Positions 25,624-34,902 of a stretch of 64,000 nucleotides of DNA are shown here, piece after piece. The notes under the pieces were generated by a model. The model was given only the letters and a program-made list of their open reading frames with translations. It did no database searches and was not told the origin of the DNA. Each line of letters starts with the position of its first letter. Position 1 is the first letter of the stretch. This DNA comes from Acidobacteriota bacterium (GTDB lineage: Bacteria; Acidobacteriota; Vicinamibacteria; Vicinamibacterales; 2-12-FULL-66-21): contig JANMCN010000240.1 in NCBI GenBank assembly GCA_031361295.1, forward strand, positions 4,505-68,504, written 5' to 3'. Made by a program: the position numbers and the translations under genes.

Positions 25624-26954
25624 TGCTCTCACGCCTCGTCGACAGGATTGAAGGAGCCGCGCTGCGGACGGCACCGTCCGCAGCCGCGCGCCTGATGGGC
25701 GCTCTCCCGTCCGGCGCCCTCCCGGCCCTGCAGCGGGCGCGGTTCCGCCGGACGCTTCGGCTCGCGTCCGAGCGCGCGCCCTTCTACCGGGACCAGTTCC
25801 GCCGCCGCGGCATCCGCGTGGACACGATCGAGCATCCCTCCCAGCTGGGAGACTTCTTCACCACGGGTGACGATCTGCGCACCAACCCGGCCAGCGCGTT
25901 CCTCACCGGCCGACCGGACACCGCGTTCGAGACGACGGGGACGACCTCGGCGATTCCCAAGCGGGTGTTCTTCTCTCACGGTGAGCTGGACGCCATGGGC
26001 ACCGCGAGCGCGGCCGCACTGCACCTCCTCGGCGTACGGGAGAACGACACCGTGCTGAGCGCGTTCGACTGCTCGTTCTGGGTGTCCCCGGCGGTGGCGC
26101 GCTCAGCGCTCCAATATCTCGGATGCTTTCACGTCGAAGCCGGAAAGATCGATCCGCAGGAGTGCTATCTGCATGCCGTGCATTACCGCCCGTCCATCAT
26201 TTTCGGCGAGCCGTCCTGGCTCGTGCGATTCGCGCAGGTCGCCCGGGCCAGCGGAACCTGGCCTGTCAAACTCCTCCTCGGCGGCGGCGAGAACATGGCG
26301 GAGACCGCCCGAGCGGAGGTCGAGCGTGTCTGGCAGGCGCCGCTGTATCTGAACTACGGGCAGACGGAGGCGTTCGGATCGCTCGGCCTGGAGTGTCGCG
26401 AGCGCGCCGGATATCACCGGAACGATCTCCATTTCCTGTTCGAGGTCGACGGTGCGGACGCGGATGGCTGGGGCGAGCTGACGTATACGACGCTGACGCG
26501 CGACGTGATGCCGCTCATTCGGTACCGGGCCAGTGACATCACCCGCCTCGTGAACGAGCCGTGCGCGTGCGGTCTCTTTGCCGGGAGACTCGCCAGGATC
26601 CGGGCGCGGGCGGACGAAATGGTTGTCTGCGGCATGGGCAATGTCGGCCCGTGGGTATTCGATGAGCTGCTTCGCGGAGTGATCGGCCCTGCGGATGAGT
26701 GGCAGGCCGTCGTCGGCAGCGACGGGCAGCTCGATGCCATCGAATTGAGCCTCGAGACTGACGGCTCGCGCGCGGTTGACGGCCTGGTTCGCGACAACCT
26801 CCGGGAGCGCTTTCCGGACTTCTGGAAAAACCTCCAAATGGAGCTGTACAGCCTGCGCATTTCGCCGGTTCCCCCAGGCTCCCTGCGCCATGGCCGCAAG
26901 CTGCGCCGGATTGTCGATCGCAGAGATCAGGTGAAGGCCACGGCTCCGGGATAG
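25620..26954 (+). CDS. PaaK-like adenylate-forming enzyme (phenylacetate-CoA ligase / F390 synthetase family)
   Basis: ETTGTTSAIPKRVFFS (a TSGTTGxPK-like AMP motif), YGQTEA and RYRASDIT. The length (~444 aa) fits the short PaaK-type ANL enzymes. Confidence 0.75.
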   Translation: MMLSRLVDRIEGAALRTAPSAAARLMGALPSGALPALQRARFRRTLRLASERAPFYRDQFRRRGIRVDTIEHPSQLGDFFTTGDDLRTNPASAFLTGRPDTAFETTGTTSAIPKRVFFSHGELDAMGTASAAALHLLGVRENDTVLSAFDCSFWVSPAVARSALQYLGCFHVEAGKIDPQECYLHAVHYRPSIIFGEPSWLVRFAQVARASGTWPVKLLLGGGENMAETARAEVERVWQAPLYLNYGQTEAFGSLGLECRERAGYHRNDLHFLFEVDGADADGWGELTYTTLTRDVMPLIRYRASDITRLVNEPCACGLFAGRLARIRARADEMVVCGMGNVGPWVFDELLRGVIGPADEWQAVVGSDGQLDAIELSLETDGSRAVDGLVRDNLRERFPDFWKNLQMELYSLRISPVPPGSLRHGRKLRRIVDRRDQVKATAPG

Positions 26955-27086
26955 CACCTCTCGATCCTTGACCGGCAACGGACCTCGGCGGAGCTCAAGA
27001 CCTGCCAGCGTCGTAACGAACGGTGCCGAGCGCGCAGCTGGTTGCGCATCTCGGGCGGCCGACCGTTCACCACGGGCCGCAGGGCG

Positions 27087-28709
27087 CTATTTCGCCGCCG
27101 CGATGTGAGGCCCGGCGACTCTGCGAACGGACATGTCCCGCACCGCTGACGCGGCGCCGGACAGGTGCGCCAGATAGAGGCGCCGTGTGCTCCGGTCCAG
27201 TCCAAAGGTGGCGACGACCGCGAGATAGACGGCACCGACCAGAGATGCACCGAGCGCGATCCGGCCCAGCGACGGCGTTGCGAACGTGAGGCGAATGAAT
27301 ATGCACAGGGCGGCGGCCGGAACGCCGCCAATCAGCGCGGGCAGGAGTGTCTCTCGCGCATAACGCCAGAGCGGCAGCCCGACACTGCGGGCCGCCGTTG
27401 GCGTCATCACCAGGAGGTGTCCAACGGCAATCGGGATCGCGGTGCCCGCCGCCACTCCCAGCGCGCCAAAGCGCCGCACGAGAATGAGGCTCAGCGCCAG
27501 ATTGGCAGCCGCTTCGACGATCCAGATCGCGGTGACGGTCCGGTGTCGGCCTGTTGCCAGAAGGATGCTCTGCTGGGTCGCGTGTCCGACCATGACGATT
27601 CCGACGATCGAGAGCACCACGAATGCCGGCACGCTCCCGCCGAACCCGGGGCCCATCCACCGGCTGATCAAGGGTCCGATGAACCCGACCAGGCAGATCG
27701 TCACACCGACGACGAGCACCACGGCGAGCCGCGTACCCTCGATGAGGACATTCCGAAGCCGGTCGACCCTGCCCCCCGTACCAAAGCCAACCGCCACCGT
27801 GTAGAGCATGCCGCTGAACTGGTCGCACACACGCCGCTGGTACTCGGAGAGGCGGACGGCGACCGCATAGACCGCCACGGCGCTCGTGCCGAGAAAAGCG
27901 CCGACCACCACGTTGTCGAGATTGAAAGTCACCTGCGACGCCATGTCGATGATGAACAGGTAGACGCTGAAGCTCGTCACCTCGCGCCACTGGTCCCGGC
28001 TGAAGTGCCTGACACGCAGCGAGAGCGCCGGAAACACGCGGTGTGCGCTCCATGCATATCCGATGTAGCCGGTCAGGCTTGCGGCAGTGGTCACCGCCAC
28101 GAGCATGACGAGCCCTCCGCCTGCGGCGAGGACCACATACGTGAGGAGCGCATTGACGATCACCATCACGAGCGCAATCGAGTTGTTCAGCACGAAACCG
28201 TGCCGCGCATTCGTCACGGCGCCGAAGACGGTCATCGGAAAACCGACGGCAATCCGGAACCCCATGAGCGCCAGGACGATCCGCGCCGTCGAGACCTCCG
28301 CCGAAGTGAGGTTCGGAAAGTGCGGCACCACCAGGAGCACCAGGCCACCGGTGACGAGACAGGCCGCCAGACCGATGACGGCGTAAATGCACACGAACGT
28401 GCTCGCGATTTCGTTCACGCGACGCACGTCGCCGCGCGTGTAGGCGGCGACGATGTGCCGCACGAGTCCGTTGCCGTAGCCCAGATCGAGCAGCGAGAAA
28501 TACGAGGTGAGCGATGCGACCAGCATCCAGAGGCCGTACTGCGGTTTGCCGAGGTGGCGAACGGTGAACGGCATCAGGAAGATGCCCGTTCCGATACTTG
28601 CCGTCAGAAGGGCGTATTTCGTGACCGTGCCGGCGACCAGCGTTCGGGTCACCCCGCGGTCGACGCGCCGCGCGCGGACAGGATCGGCCGCCTCCTCCGC
28701 GGGGGTCAC
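27087..28709 (-). CDS. Wzx/MOP-superfamily oligosaccharide (lipid-linked glycan) flippase
   Basis: About 12-14 hydrophobic helices (KYALLTASIGTGIFLMPFTVRHLG...). The GTG at 28709 overlaps the stop of the upstream GT2 gene (GTGA). The longer 752-aa ORF extension overlaps the GT2 gene and is not credible. Confidence 0.75.
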   Translation of the reverse strand: MTPAEEAADPVRARRVDRGVTRTLVAGTVTKYALLTASIGTGIFLMPFTVRHLGKPQYGLWMLVASLTSYFSLLDLGYGNGLVRHIVAAYTRGDVRRVNEIASTFVCIYAVIGLAACLVTGGLVLLVVPHFPNLTSAEVSTARIVLALMGFRIAVGFPMTVFGAVTNARHGFVLNNSIALVMVIVNALLTYVVLAAGGGLVMLVAVTTAASLTGYIGYAWSAHRVFPALSLRVRHFSRDQWREVTSFSVYLFIIDMASQVTFNLDNVVVGAFLGTSAVAVYAVAVRLSEYQRRVCDQFSGMLYTVAVGFGTGGRVDRLRNVLIEGTRLAVVLVVGVTICLVGFIGPLISRWMGPGFGGSVPAFVVLSIVGIVMVGHATQQSILLATGRHRTVTAIWIVEAAANLALSLILVRRFGALGVAAGTAIPIAVGHLLVMTPTAARSVGLPLWRYARETLLPALIGGVPAAALCIFIRLTFATPSLGRIALGASLVGAVYLAVVATFGLDRSTRRLYLAHLSGAASAVRDMSVRRVAGPHIAAAK

Positions 28710-29728
28710 GACTGCGCCTGGGCGGAGTGCGGGTCCGGTGAGGGAGGCCCTGTGAGATCCTCCAGCGCCCGAGTCCACAGATAGCTCACCAGATAACGGA
28801 CTCGGCACTCGGCGGTGAAGGTCTCCGGCGCGCGTCCACCGACATACGCCCGCACGCACTTGACGATCTCGTCGCCCAGTTCCTTGTAAACATAGGCGGG
28901 CGTGCCGAAGAGGCAGTGTCGGGTCACCGGCTCCGTCAGGTGACCGTCGGCGGCGATGATTTGCTTGAATCGCATCCGCGCATGATTTGCCCCGGTTACG
29001 GCGTGCCAGCGTCGGTGATAGGCCTTGGTCAGTCGCTCGGGTTGAACGACCGCGGTCGCCACGACGCCATCGGCATAGATGCCGACCTTGCCGGCCCGCC
29101 AGAGCCGCAGGTTGAACTCCCGATCCTCGTCCCGGTAAAAAGCTGGAGAGAATCCCCCGACGTCCCGAAGAACGTCCGACCGACAGATGAAGTTTGCGCC
29201 CACGAGGCATCCGGAGGCATTCGTGGCGCTGAGCGGCCGGCCGGCGCCCCGCCCGTGTTGCAGCGCCAGCGGGCCATAGTTCGCGGGCGTCAGCCAGTGC
29301 GGCGGACGTTCGGGCCACCGCGGTTCGATCCGTCCCCCGACACAATCCACTTCGGGGTGCGCGCTCATCGTCCCGGTGATGCTCGGAAGCCAGTCAGCGG
29401 CCGGGAGCAGATCATCATCGAGGAATGCGATCAGGTCCCCGGCGGCGTGCTGTACGCCGGTATTACGCGCGTTCGAGGCGCCGCGACGAGGTTCGTAGAA
29501 GTACCGGATGACGGGGTGCGCATGCGCCGCGACTGTGGCCGCCGTTGCGTCAGTCGAAGCATTGTCGACGACCAGGATCTCGTACTTGATCCCATGCACC
29601 TGCTGCGCGAGCAGAGCGTCGAGCAGGGCAGGAAGAAGTTCGGCGCGGTTGTAGGTCGGGATGACGACTGAGACCTCGGGGCGAGGCGTTCGTCCGGCGG
29701 CAGCATTTAGCGGCAACGAATTCGTCAT
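28706..29728 (-). CDS. GT2-family glycosyltransferase
   Basis: VSVVIPTYNRAELLPALLDALLAQ, ILVVDNASTDAT and the AFLDDD (DxD) motif. The start was taken at the ATG at 29728 (MTNSLPLN...). Confidence 0.85.
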   Translation of the reverse strand: MTNSLPLNAAAGRTPRPEVSVVIPTYNRAELLPALLDALLAQQVHGIKYEILVVDNASTDATAATVAAHAHPVIRYFYEPRRGASNARNTGVQHAAGDLIAFLDDDLLPAADWLPSITGTMSAHPEVDCVGGRIEPRWPERPPHWLTPANYGPLALQHGRGAGRPLSATNASGCLVGANFICRSDVLRDVGGFSPAFYRDEDREFNLRLWRAGKVGIYADGVVATAVVQPERLTKAYHRRWHAVTGANHARMRFKQIIAADGHLTEPVTRHCLFGTPAYVYKELGDEIVKCVRAYVGGRAPETFTAECRVRYLVSYLWTRALEDLTGPPSPDPHSAQAQS

Positions 29729-30014
29729 GTTGGTGCTGTCGGCCAATCTCGTCTTGCACTCGACCGTCGCGTTGTGGCTTCCTGCAACTTGAGCGCCACG
29801 CATCGCTTTTTCGCGTCATCAGGTCGAGCTGCCATCGATCCACGGATGTTCGAAGGATTTCGTTCGCCGACACCCTCTAACCAATGGGGGAGCCCCAGAC
29901 GTCGTCGTCTCTCTCGGAGCGGGCTGGAAGCCAACGAAGGAACGCCGGCTCAGGCACACTCGAGCTCCTGTTGCCGGCGCTGATTGGTAGGATGGTGGCG
30001 GTGCTGAGGGTCCA

Positions 30015-31454
30015 GTGAACGCACAGGCCATACGCGCGGACGACGGGCCAGCTGAGCAGTGGCCAGCGCGGCGCGCGACTGAGGAAGCGGTGGGCGCCGC
30101 CGTACTGAGCGCAATGCTGTATACCGTTCTGGCGTGGTCGGAGCGCGAGCTCGCGACACACGCGCACCGGCGACTGGCGCTGTTGATGTACGTCGCGACG
30201 TTGTCGGGTCTGTTCGCTGTTTATGCCCGCGTGGTGCACTCCGCCGCCCGGTGGCGCGCACCCGTCGCAATCACCGTCGTTATTGCGGCGCCAGTACTCT
30301 TTGCAATCGGGTGGTGGCTCACTCCGCCTGCGCTATCCATCGACGTGTATAGCTATCTGGCTGACGGATATCTGTGGCGCCACGGAATGAACCCGTATCT
30401 GCACGGGGTCCGCGAGCTTCGCGGGACCGCCGAGGGGGCGGCGCTTGCCGCCTGCGGGTGGAGGCCGGTCCACGGTATTTCTCCCTATGGACCGCTCTGG
30501 ACGCTCGTGGAGGTGGGAGCTGGTCGTGCGGGAATGAGCGTCCCGAACGCGGTGCTCGTCCTCAAGGCGGTCGTCGTGCTGGCGGGCGCCCTGGCCGCGG
30601 CTGCCATCCATGCGGCACGTCCGAACGCCGTAAACGTGAGTCGCCTGCGGTCGATGCTTCTCTTTGCCTGGAATCCGACCATCATCACCGAATTCGCCGG
30701 CGAGGGTCACAACGACACGGTGATGGTTCTCGCGGTGATCGTGGGATTGTGCTGGATTATACGCCGCCGGACCGTGGCGGGGTCGCTCGCCCTGGCTGCG
30801 GGTGTACTGGCCAAATACCTGCCGCTCCTATTCGCGTTTCCGGCCCTCGTGTATATGTGGCGAACGCGAGACAGCAGCGTCCGATTCTGGAGCGCTCTAG
30901 CCGCGTCCGTCGCCCTGTGCGCGGCACTGGCGACCCTTCTGTATGCGCCGTTCTGGACAGGGCGGGGCACACTTGACGGCGTCCGGGCGGCCAGTCACAC
31001 CGCCTTCGGGCCAGGCACGTCCGGCGTGCTGGCGGGGGGGCTCTCGCAGGTGTTTCCGCGCGATGCTTCCGCCATCCTCGGAGGGATCAGCACGGCCGTC
31101 GTATTCGCATTCGTGATCGTGGCAGGTCTGCAGGTGCGCGATTCCGAGACTCTGGTGCGGGCGTTCGCGACGATTGCGCTGGCTTATGTGCTGATCGCCG
31201 CGCCGAGATTCTGGCCCTGGTATGTCGCCTTGCCGACCGCGCTTCTCGCGCTGACTCCGGACCGTCGCTCGATACTGTTTATACTGGTACTCACGTTCTG
31301 CGCCAAGCTGATTGCTCCGCTCGATATCCTTCGTGTGTCCGAGGCCATCAGCTGGACCACCCAGTCCCTTGTGATGACGGTCGTCGGAGTGTGGATTCCG
31401 CTGCTGGTCTGGGCGGGGATGTCTCTCCGCACTCGCGCTGACGCGGCGCGCTGA
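30015..31454 (+). CDS. Polytopic membrane protein, GT-C-like (GT87 / DUF2029, polyprenol-P-sugar-dependent glycosyltransferase-like)
   Basis: Many TM helices. The first loop motif IDVYSYLADGYLWRHGMNPY resembles MptB/DUF2029 proteins. The start is uncertain (30015 or the ATG at 30114). Confidence 0.6.
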   Translation: MNAQAIRADDGPAEQWPARRATEEAVGAAVLSAMLYTVLAWSERELATHAHRRLALLMYVATLSGLFAVYARVVHSAARWRAPVAITVVIAAPVLFAIGWWLTPPALSIDVYSYLADGYLWRHGMNPYLHGVRELRGTAEGAALAACGWRPVHGISPYGPLWTLVEVGAGRAGMSVPNAVLVLKAVVVLAGALAAAAIHAARPNAVNVSRLRSMLLFAWNPTIITEFAGEGHNDTVMVLAVIVGLCWIIRRRTVAGSLALAAGVLAKYLPLLFAFPALVYMWRTRDSSVRFWSALAASVALCAALATLLYAPFWTGRGTLDGVRAASHTAFGPGTSGVLAGGLSQVFPRDASAILGGISTAVVFAFVIVAGLQVRDSETLVRAFATIALAYVLIAAPRFWPWYVALPTALLALTPDRRSILFILVLTFCAKLIAPLDILRVSEAISWTTQSLVMTVVGVWIPLLVWAGMSLRTRADAAR

Positions 31455-31596
31455 GGCACCGGCCCGTTTCCGTCCGATGGGGTGCCTCGCCCCCCAATTC
31501 CCTGCATCGATGACAGTTGTGTGGCTCGCCAGGCGGATGGGCTATGCCGCCGGGGACGCGAGGCCATAGAATGGAGTCTTACCACCCAGCAACCGA

Positions 31597-34125
31597 ATGG
31601 CCCGTCTGTCGCCTTTTCTCGTGCGCCATGTCCTTGGTGTCTTTGCGGTCGTCGCGCTGGCTTCCGCGCCAGTGATGACAAATGCGGCCCAGGCTGCGAC
31701 TCTCGTCGTCCGCGTCGTCGACGCGCAGAGCTTGGCAGTACCTGGCGCCAGCTGTTCGTTGACCGCCGCGGGCGGTGCTGCCCCCATTGCACAGACGACG
31801 TCAGACAGCGGCGGGCATGCCGTGTTCGACGCCGTCCCGGCCGGTCGCTACACGCTGCGAGTCGAGCTGGACGGGTTCGAGCCTTTCGTTCGAACCGGCG
31901 TCATGCTGGACGCCCCGAGTCTTCCGGAGCTGGATGCCGTCCTCGCCCCAGCGGGCGTGGCTCAGGCCGTGTCGGTCGCCGCGCCGCCGTCATCGGACAC
32001 GACGAGCCGGGCGGGATCGAGTCCGCCGGCTGGGGACCTTGCCCGGCGCATGTTGCAGCGGCTGCCGCTCGCGGTGGCCTCCTTCCGGGACGCGCTGCCG
32101 CTGGTCCCGGGTGTGCTGCGCTCCACGACGGGGGAGCTTGCCTTCAACGGGGGCCCGGAAGCGCAGAGTGGATTGCGCGTCAACGGCATGAACGCCGTCG
32201 ACCCGGCCACGGGAGCCTTCCGTCTGAGCGTCCCAGTCGACGCGGTGGAAGGCGTGCAGGTCTTCCTGCACCCCTACACCGCCGAGTACGGTCAATTCAC
32301 CGGCGGGATTACGCGCGTGGACACGCGTCCCGGCAGCGATCGGTGGCGCTTCGAATTGAACGATTTTTTTCCCGATTTCCGGTTTGTCGACGGACGGGTG
32401 CGCGGCATTGCCGAGGACGCGCCACACATGAACCTGAGTGGGCCGCTGTTCGGGAAGCGCCTGCTGCTGTCCCAATCCGCGGCGTACACGATCGCCAACC
32501 GCCCCGTGCGTGGGCTCGATTTCCCCGTCAACGAAACGCGCACGCAGTCCCAGAATTACTTCACGCAGCTCGACTTCACCGTGCGTCCGGGCCATTCCCA
32601 GATGGTGACGCTGGGATATGCGCCGGAGCGCCGGGACTTCATCGGTCTGGATGTGTTCCGCCCGCAGCCCACGACGCCGAGCGCCCGCCAGCGTGATCTC
32701 GTGCTCACTGCACGCGACAACTCCGTCGTCGGGAGCGGTCTCCTGACGTCCTCGGCTTCGGTGAGTCGCTTCGACACGAATGTCCTGGGCCGCGGCACGG
32801 AGGAACTGACGCTCGCGCCCACTGGAGAATCGGGTAACTACTTTGCGACCCAGGCCCGCCGCTCCATGCGCACCGAGCTGCTGGAGGTATATACCCTGCC
32901 GACGCAGCACTGGCTCGGGTCGCACGACGTCCGGCTCGGGGTGGATGTGAACGATGTCAGCAGCCGCCTCAATTACCGCGCCCGTCCGGTCAACATCGTT
33001 CGCGGCGACGGGACATTGGCCGAACGGGTCGAGTTCGATCCGGCCGCGACGATTCGTGCGCGCAACCGCGAGTACATCGGCTTCGCGCAGGATCGCTGGA
33101 CGCTCGGTGATCGGGTCGCGCTCGATGCCGGCATCCGGTACGAGGACCAGCGCATCGCTGACGCCACCCTGATTGCCCCGCGGGCAGGGTTCGCGTGGGC
33201 TCCCGCCGCTGACGGGCGGACAGTGATTCGCGGCGGCGTCGGGGTCTTCTTCGACAAGGTCCCGCTGAACATCCGCAGCTTCGCGCAATATCCCTCGCGA
33301 ACGGTGACCCGTTTTGCGTCGGACGGTTTCACCATCCTCGATCGCCGGCGGTACACGAACCTGCTGGTGGATGCGGTCGGGCCTGCCGTGTCAGCTTCTG
33401 AGCTTGCAACCGATCAGACGGAGTTCGTGCCGGGCAACGTCACGTGGAACCTGCAGGTCGATCACATCGTAAGACCCGGCCTGGCATTCCGAGCGAACCT
33501 CGTCAACAGCCATACGGACGATCTGTATATCGTCGAACCCCGGAGCGGCGCGCCGGGGACGGGCACGATCGCGCTCAGTTCGGTCGGACGCTCGTCTTAC
33601 CGTGCGGAAGAGCTTGCGGTGCGTTTCGGCCGGGCTGACCGCCTGCTGAACGTCTCCTACACACATTCCCGCGCGCGCGGGGACCTCAATGGCTTCAGCG
33701 ACGCTTTTGGAGATTTTGCGACGCCCATCGTTCGCAGCAACGAGTACTCACAACTCCCGACCGACGCCCCGCATCGCCTCCTCGCCTGGGGCTCGGTCGC
33801 GCTGCCCCGCCGGTTCTCGCTCGCACCGATCTTCGAGGTCCGCACCGGCTTCCCTTACCAGGTGCGTGATGCGGCGCAGGATTTCGTTGGTCTGCGCAAC
33901 TCGGACGCCACACGGTTCCCGCGGTTCGTGGCCCTGGATCTCGAAGGTGCCAAGGAGCTCCAGGTCACGAAAAAGTACGCGGTCCGGCTTTCCCTCCGGG
34001 CGTTCAACCTGACCAACCACTTCAATCCGCGCGACGTCCACGCGAACACGGGCGATCCGTTGTTCGGCCGATTCGTGGCGTCCTACCGCCGTTATTTCAC
34101 GGGCGGTTTCGATATTCTTTTCTGA
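31597..34125 (+). CDS. TonB-dependent-receptor-like outer-membrane protein with carboxypeptidase-regulatory-like domain
   Basis: Signal peptide, then LVVRVVDAQSLAVPGASCSL...GGHAVFDAVPAGRYTLRVELDGFEP, a plug/barrel region, and a terminal ...GGFDILF. Confidence 0.75.
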   Translation: MARLSPFLVRHVLGVFAVVALASAPVMTNAAQAATLVVRVVDAQSLAVPGASCSLTAAGGAAPIAQTTSDSGGHAVFDAVPAGRYTLRVELDGFEPFVRTGVMLDAPSLPELDAVLAPAGVAQAVSVAAPPSSDTTSRAGSSPPAGDLARRMLQRLPLAVASFRDALPLVPGVLRSTTGELAFNGGPEAQSGLRVNGMNAVDPATGAFRLSVPVDAVEGVQVFLHPYTAEYGQFTGGITRVDTRPGSDRWRFELNDFFPDFRFVDGRVRGIAEDAPHMNLSGPLFGKRLLLSQSAAYTIANRPVRGLDFPVNETRTQSQNYFTQLDFTVRPGHSQMVTLGYAPERRDFIGLDVFRPQPTTPSARQRDLVLTARDNSVVGSGLLTSSASVSRFDTNVLGRGTEELTLAPTGESGNYFATQARRSMRTELLEVYTLPTQHWLGSHDVRLGVDVNDVSSRLNYRARPVNIVRGDGTLAERVEFDPAATIRARNREYIGFAQDRWTLGDRVALDAGIRYEDQRIADATLIAPRAGFAWAPAADGRTVIRGGVGVFFDKVPLNIRSFAQYPSRTVTRFASDGFTILDRRRYTNLLVDAVGPAVSASELATDQTEFVPGNVTWNLQVDHIVRPGLAFRANLVNSHTDDLYIVEPRSGAPGTGTIALSSVGRSSYRAEELAVRFGRADRLLNVSYTHSRARGDLNGFSDAFGDFATPIVRSNEYSQLPTDAPHRLLAWGSVALPRRFSLAPIFEVRTGFPYQVRDAAQDFVGLRNSDATRFPRFVALDLEGAKELQVTKKYAVRLSLRAFNLTNHFNPRDVHANTGDPLFGRFVASYRRYFTGGFDILF

Positions 34126-34419
34126 CAGACTGACTTCCCTACGGCCGGAAATCCACGCCAGCACGCGACGGCTTGTGTGGCGTCAGAAGGATTGCCGGCT
34201 CCGAGCCTCTCTAACACGGGCAACCTCCTGAGCCCGCACTCCGTGCCTGTTTCGTCGCGCCCCGCGTCGACGCCTCGAGTGTGCCGTCGCTCGACGGTGT
34301 GGTCGACTGGCGACCGGGCGGCTGCTCATGGCAGATTCATCTGGCGCGTGCCACCATGCCCACAAACGCTGGTACGGCGTCATCGCCGTTCATAGCAGGG
34401 AACGTAACGAGGTACAGAC

Positions 34420-34902
34420 ATGAAGAAGCATCCACTTGCACTGCCGGCCGTACTACTGTGGCTCGCGGGTGTTTCGCACACCAGCGCCCAGCCTGCCGCG
34501 TCCAAACCCAAGGACTCGCCGAACCTGCAGGCCCTGCTCAGGAAGCTGCCCGGGCCGGTTCGGGCCACCGTCGAGGCCGAGGCCAGGAACGCGACCATCA
34601 AGAGCATTTCCACAGAGAAAGCACACGGAAAGACCGTGTATGAGCTCGAGTCGCTCGTCAACGGCCGCACCCGCGACCTGATGATCGATTCGACCGGGAA
34701 GGTGTACGTCGTCGAAGAGCAGCTCGATCTGGACAAGGCACCGGCGCCCGTGCGGGCAGCGCTCGAAGCGCAAGGGACGGTTGGAACGCTGGAATCGGTC
34801 ATGGAGAACGGCAGGACTCACTACGAAGGGCAGGTCCGCACCAGGAGCGGCAAGAAGGTTGCGCTGACGCTCGAGGCCGACGGGACGCCCATCAAGAAGT
34901 AG
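34420..34902 (+). CDS. Small secreted PepSY-like (DUF2874-type) repeat protein
   Basis: Signal peptide MKKHPLALPAVLLWLAGVSHTSAQ. Two repeats of the pattern P..V...........I......G..VYE/YEG.........L..D..G. The family call is tentative. Confidence 0.5.
   Translation: MKKHPLALPAVLLWLAGVSHTSAQPAASKPKDSPNLQALLRKLPGPVRATVEAEARNATIKSISTEKAHGKTVYELESLVNGRTRDLMIDSTGKVYVVEEQLDLDKAPAPVRAALEAQGTVGTLESVMENGRTHYEGQVRTRSGKKVALTLEADGTPIKK

Noticed and set aside
27165-28784. 539-aa plus-strand ORF
   Set aside because: It is antisense to the polytopic flippase gene. The translation is charged (Asp/Arg/His/Glu) and shows no motif, whereas the minus-strand product is a coherent multi-TM protein.
28710-29345. 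N-terminal extension of the 752-aa minus-strand ORF (flippase)
   Set aside because: It overlaps the GT2 gene in another frame. The flippase most plausibly starts at the GTG at 28709, overlapping the GT2 stop.
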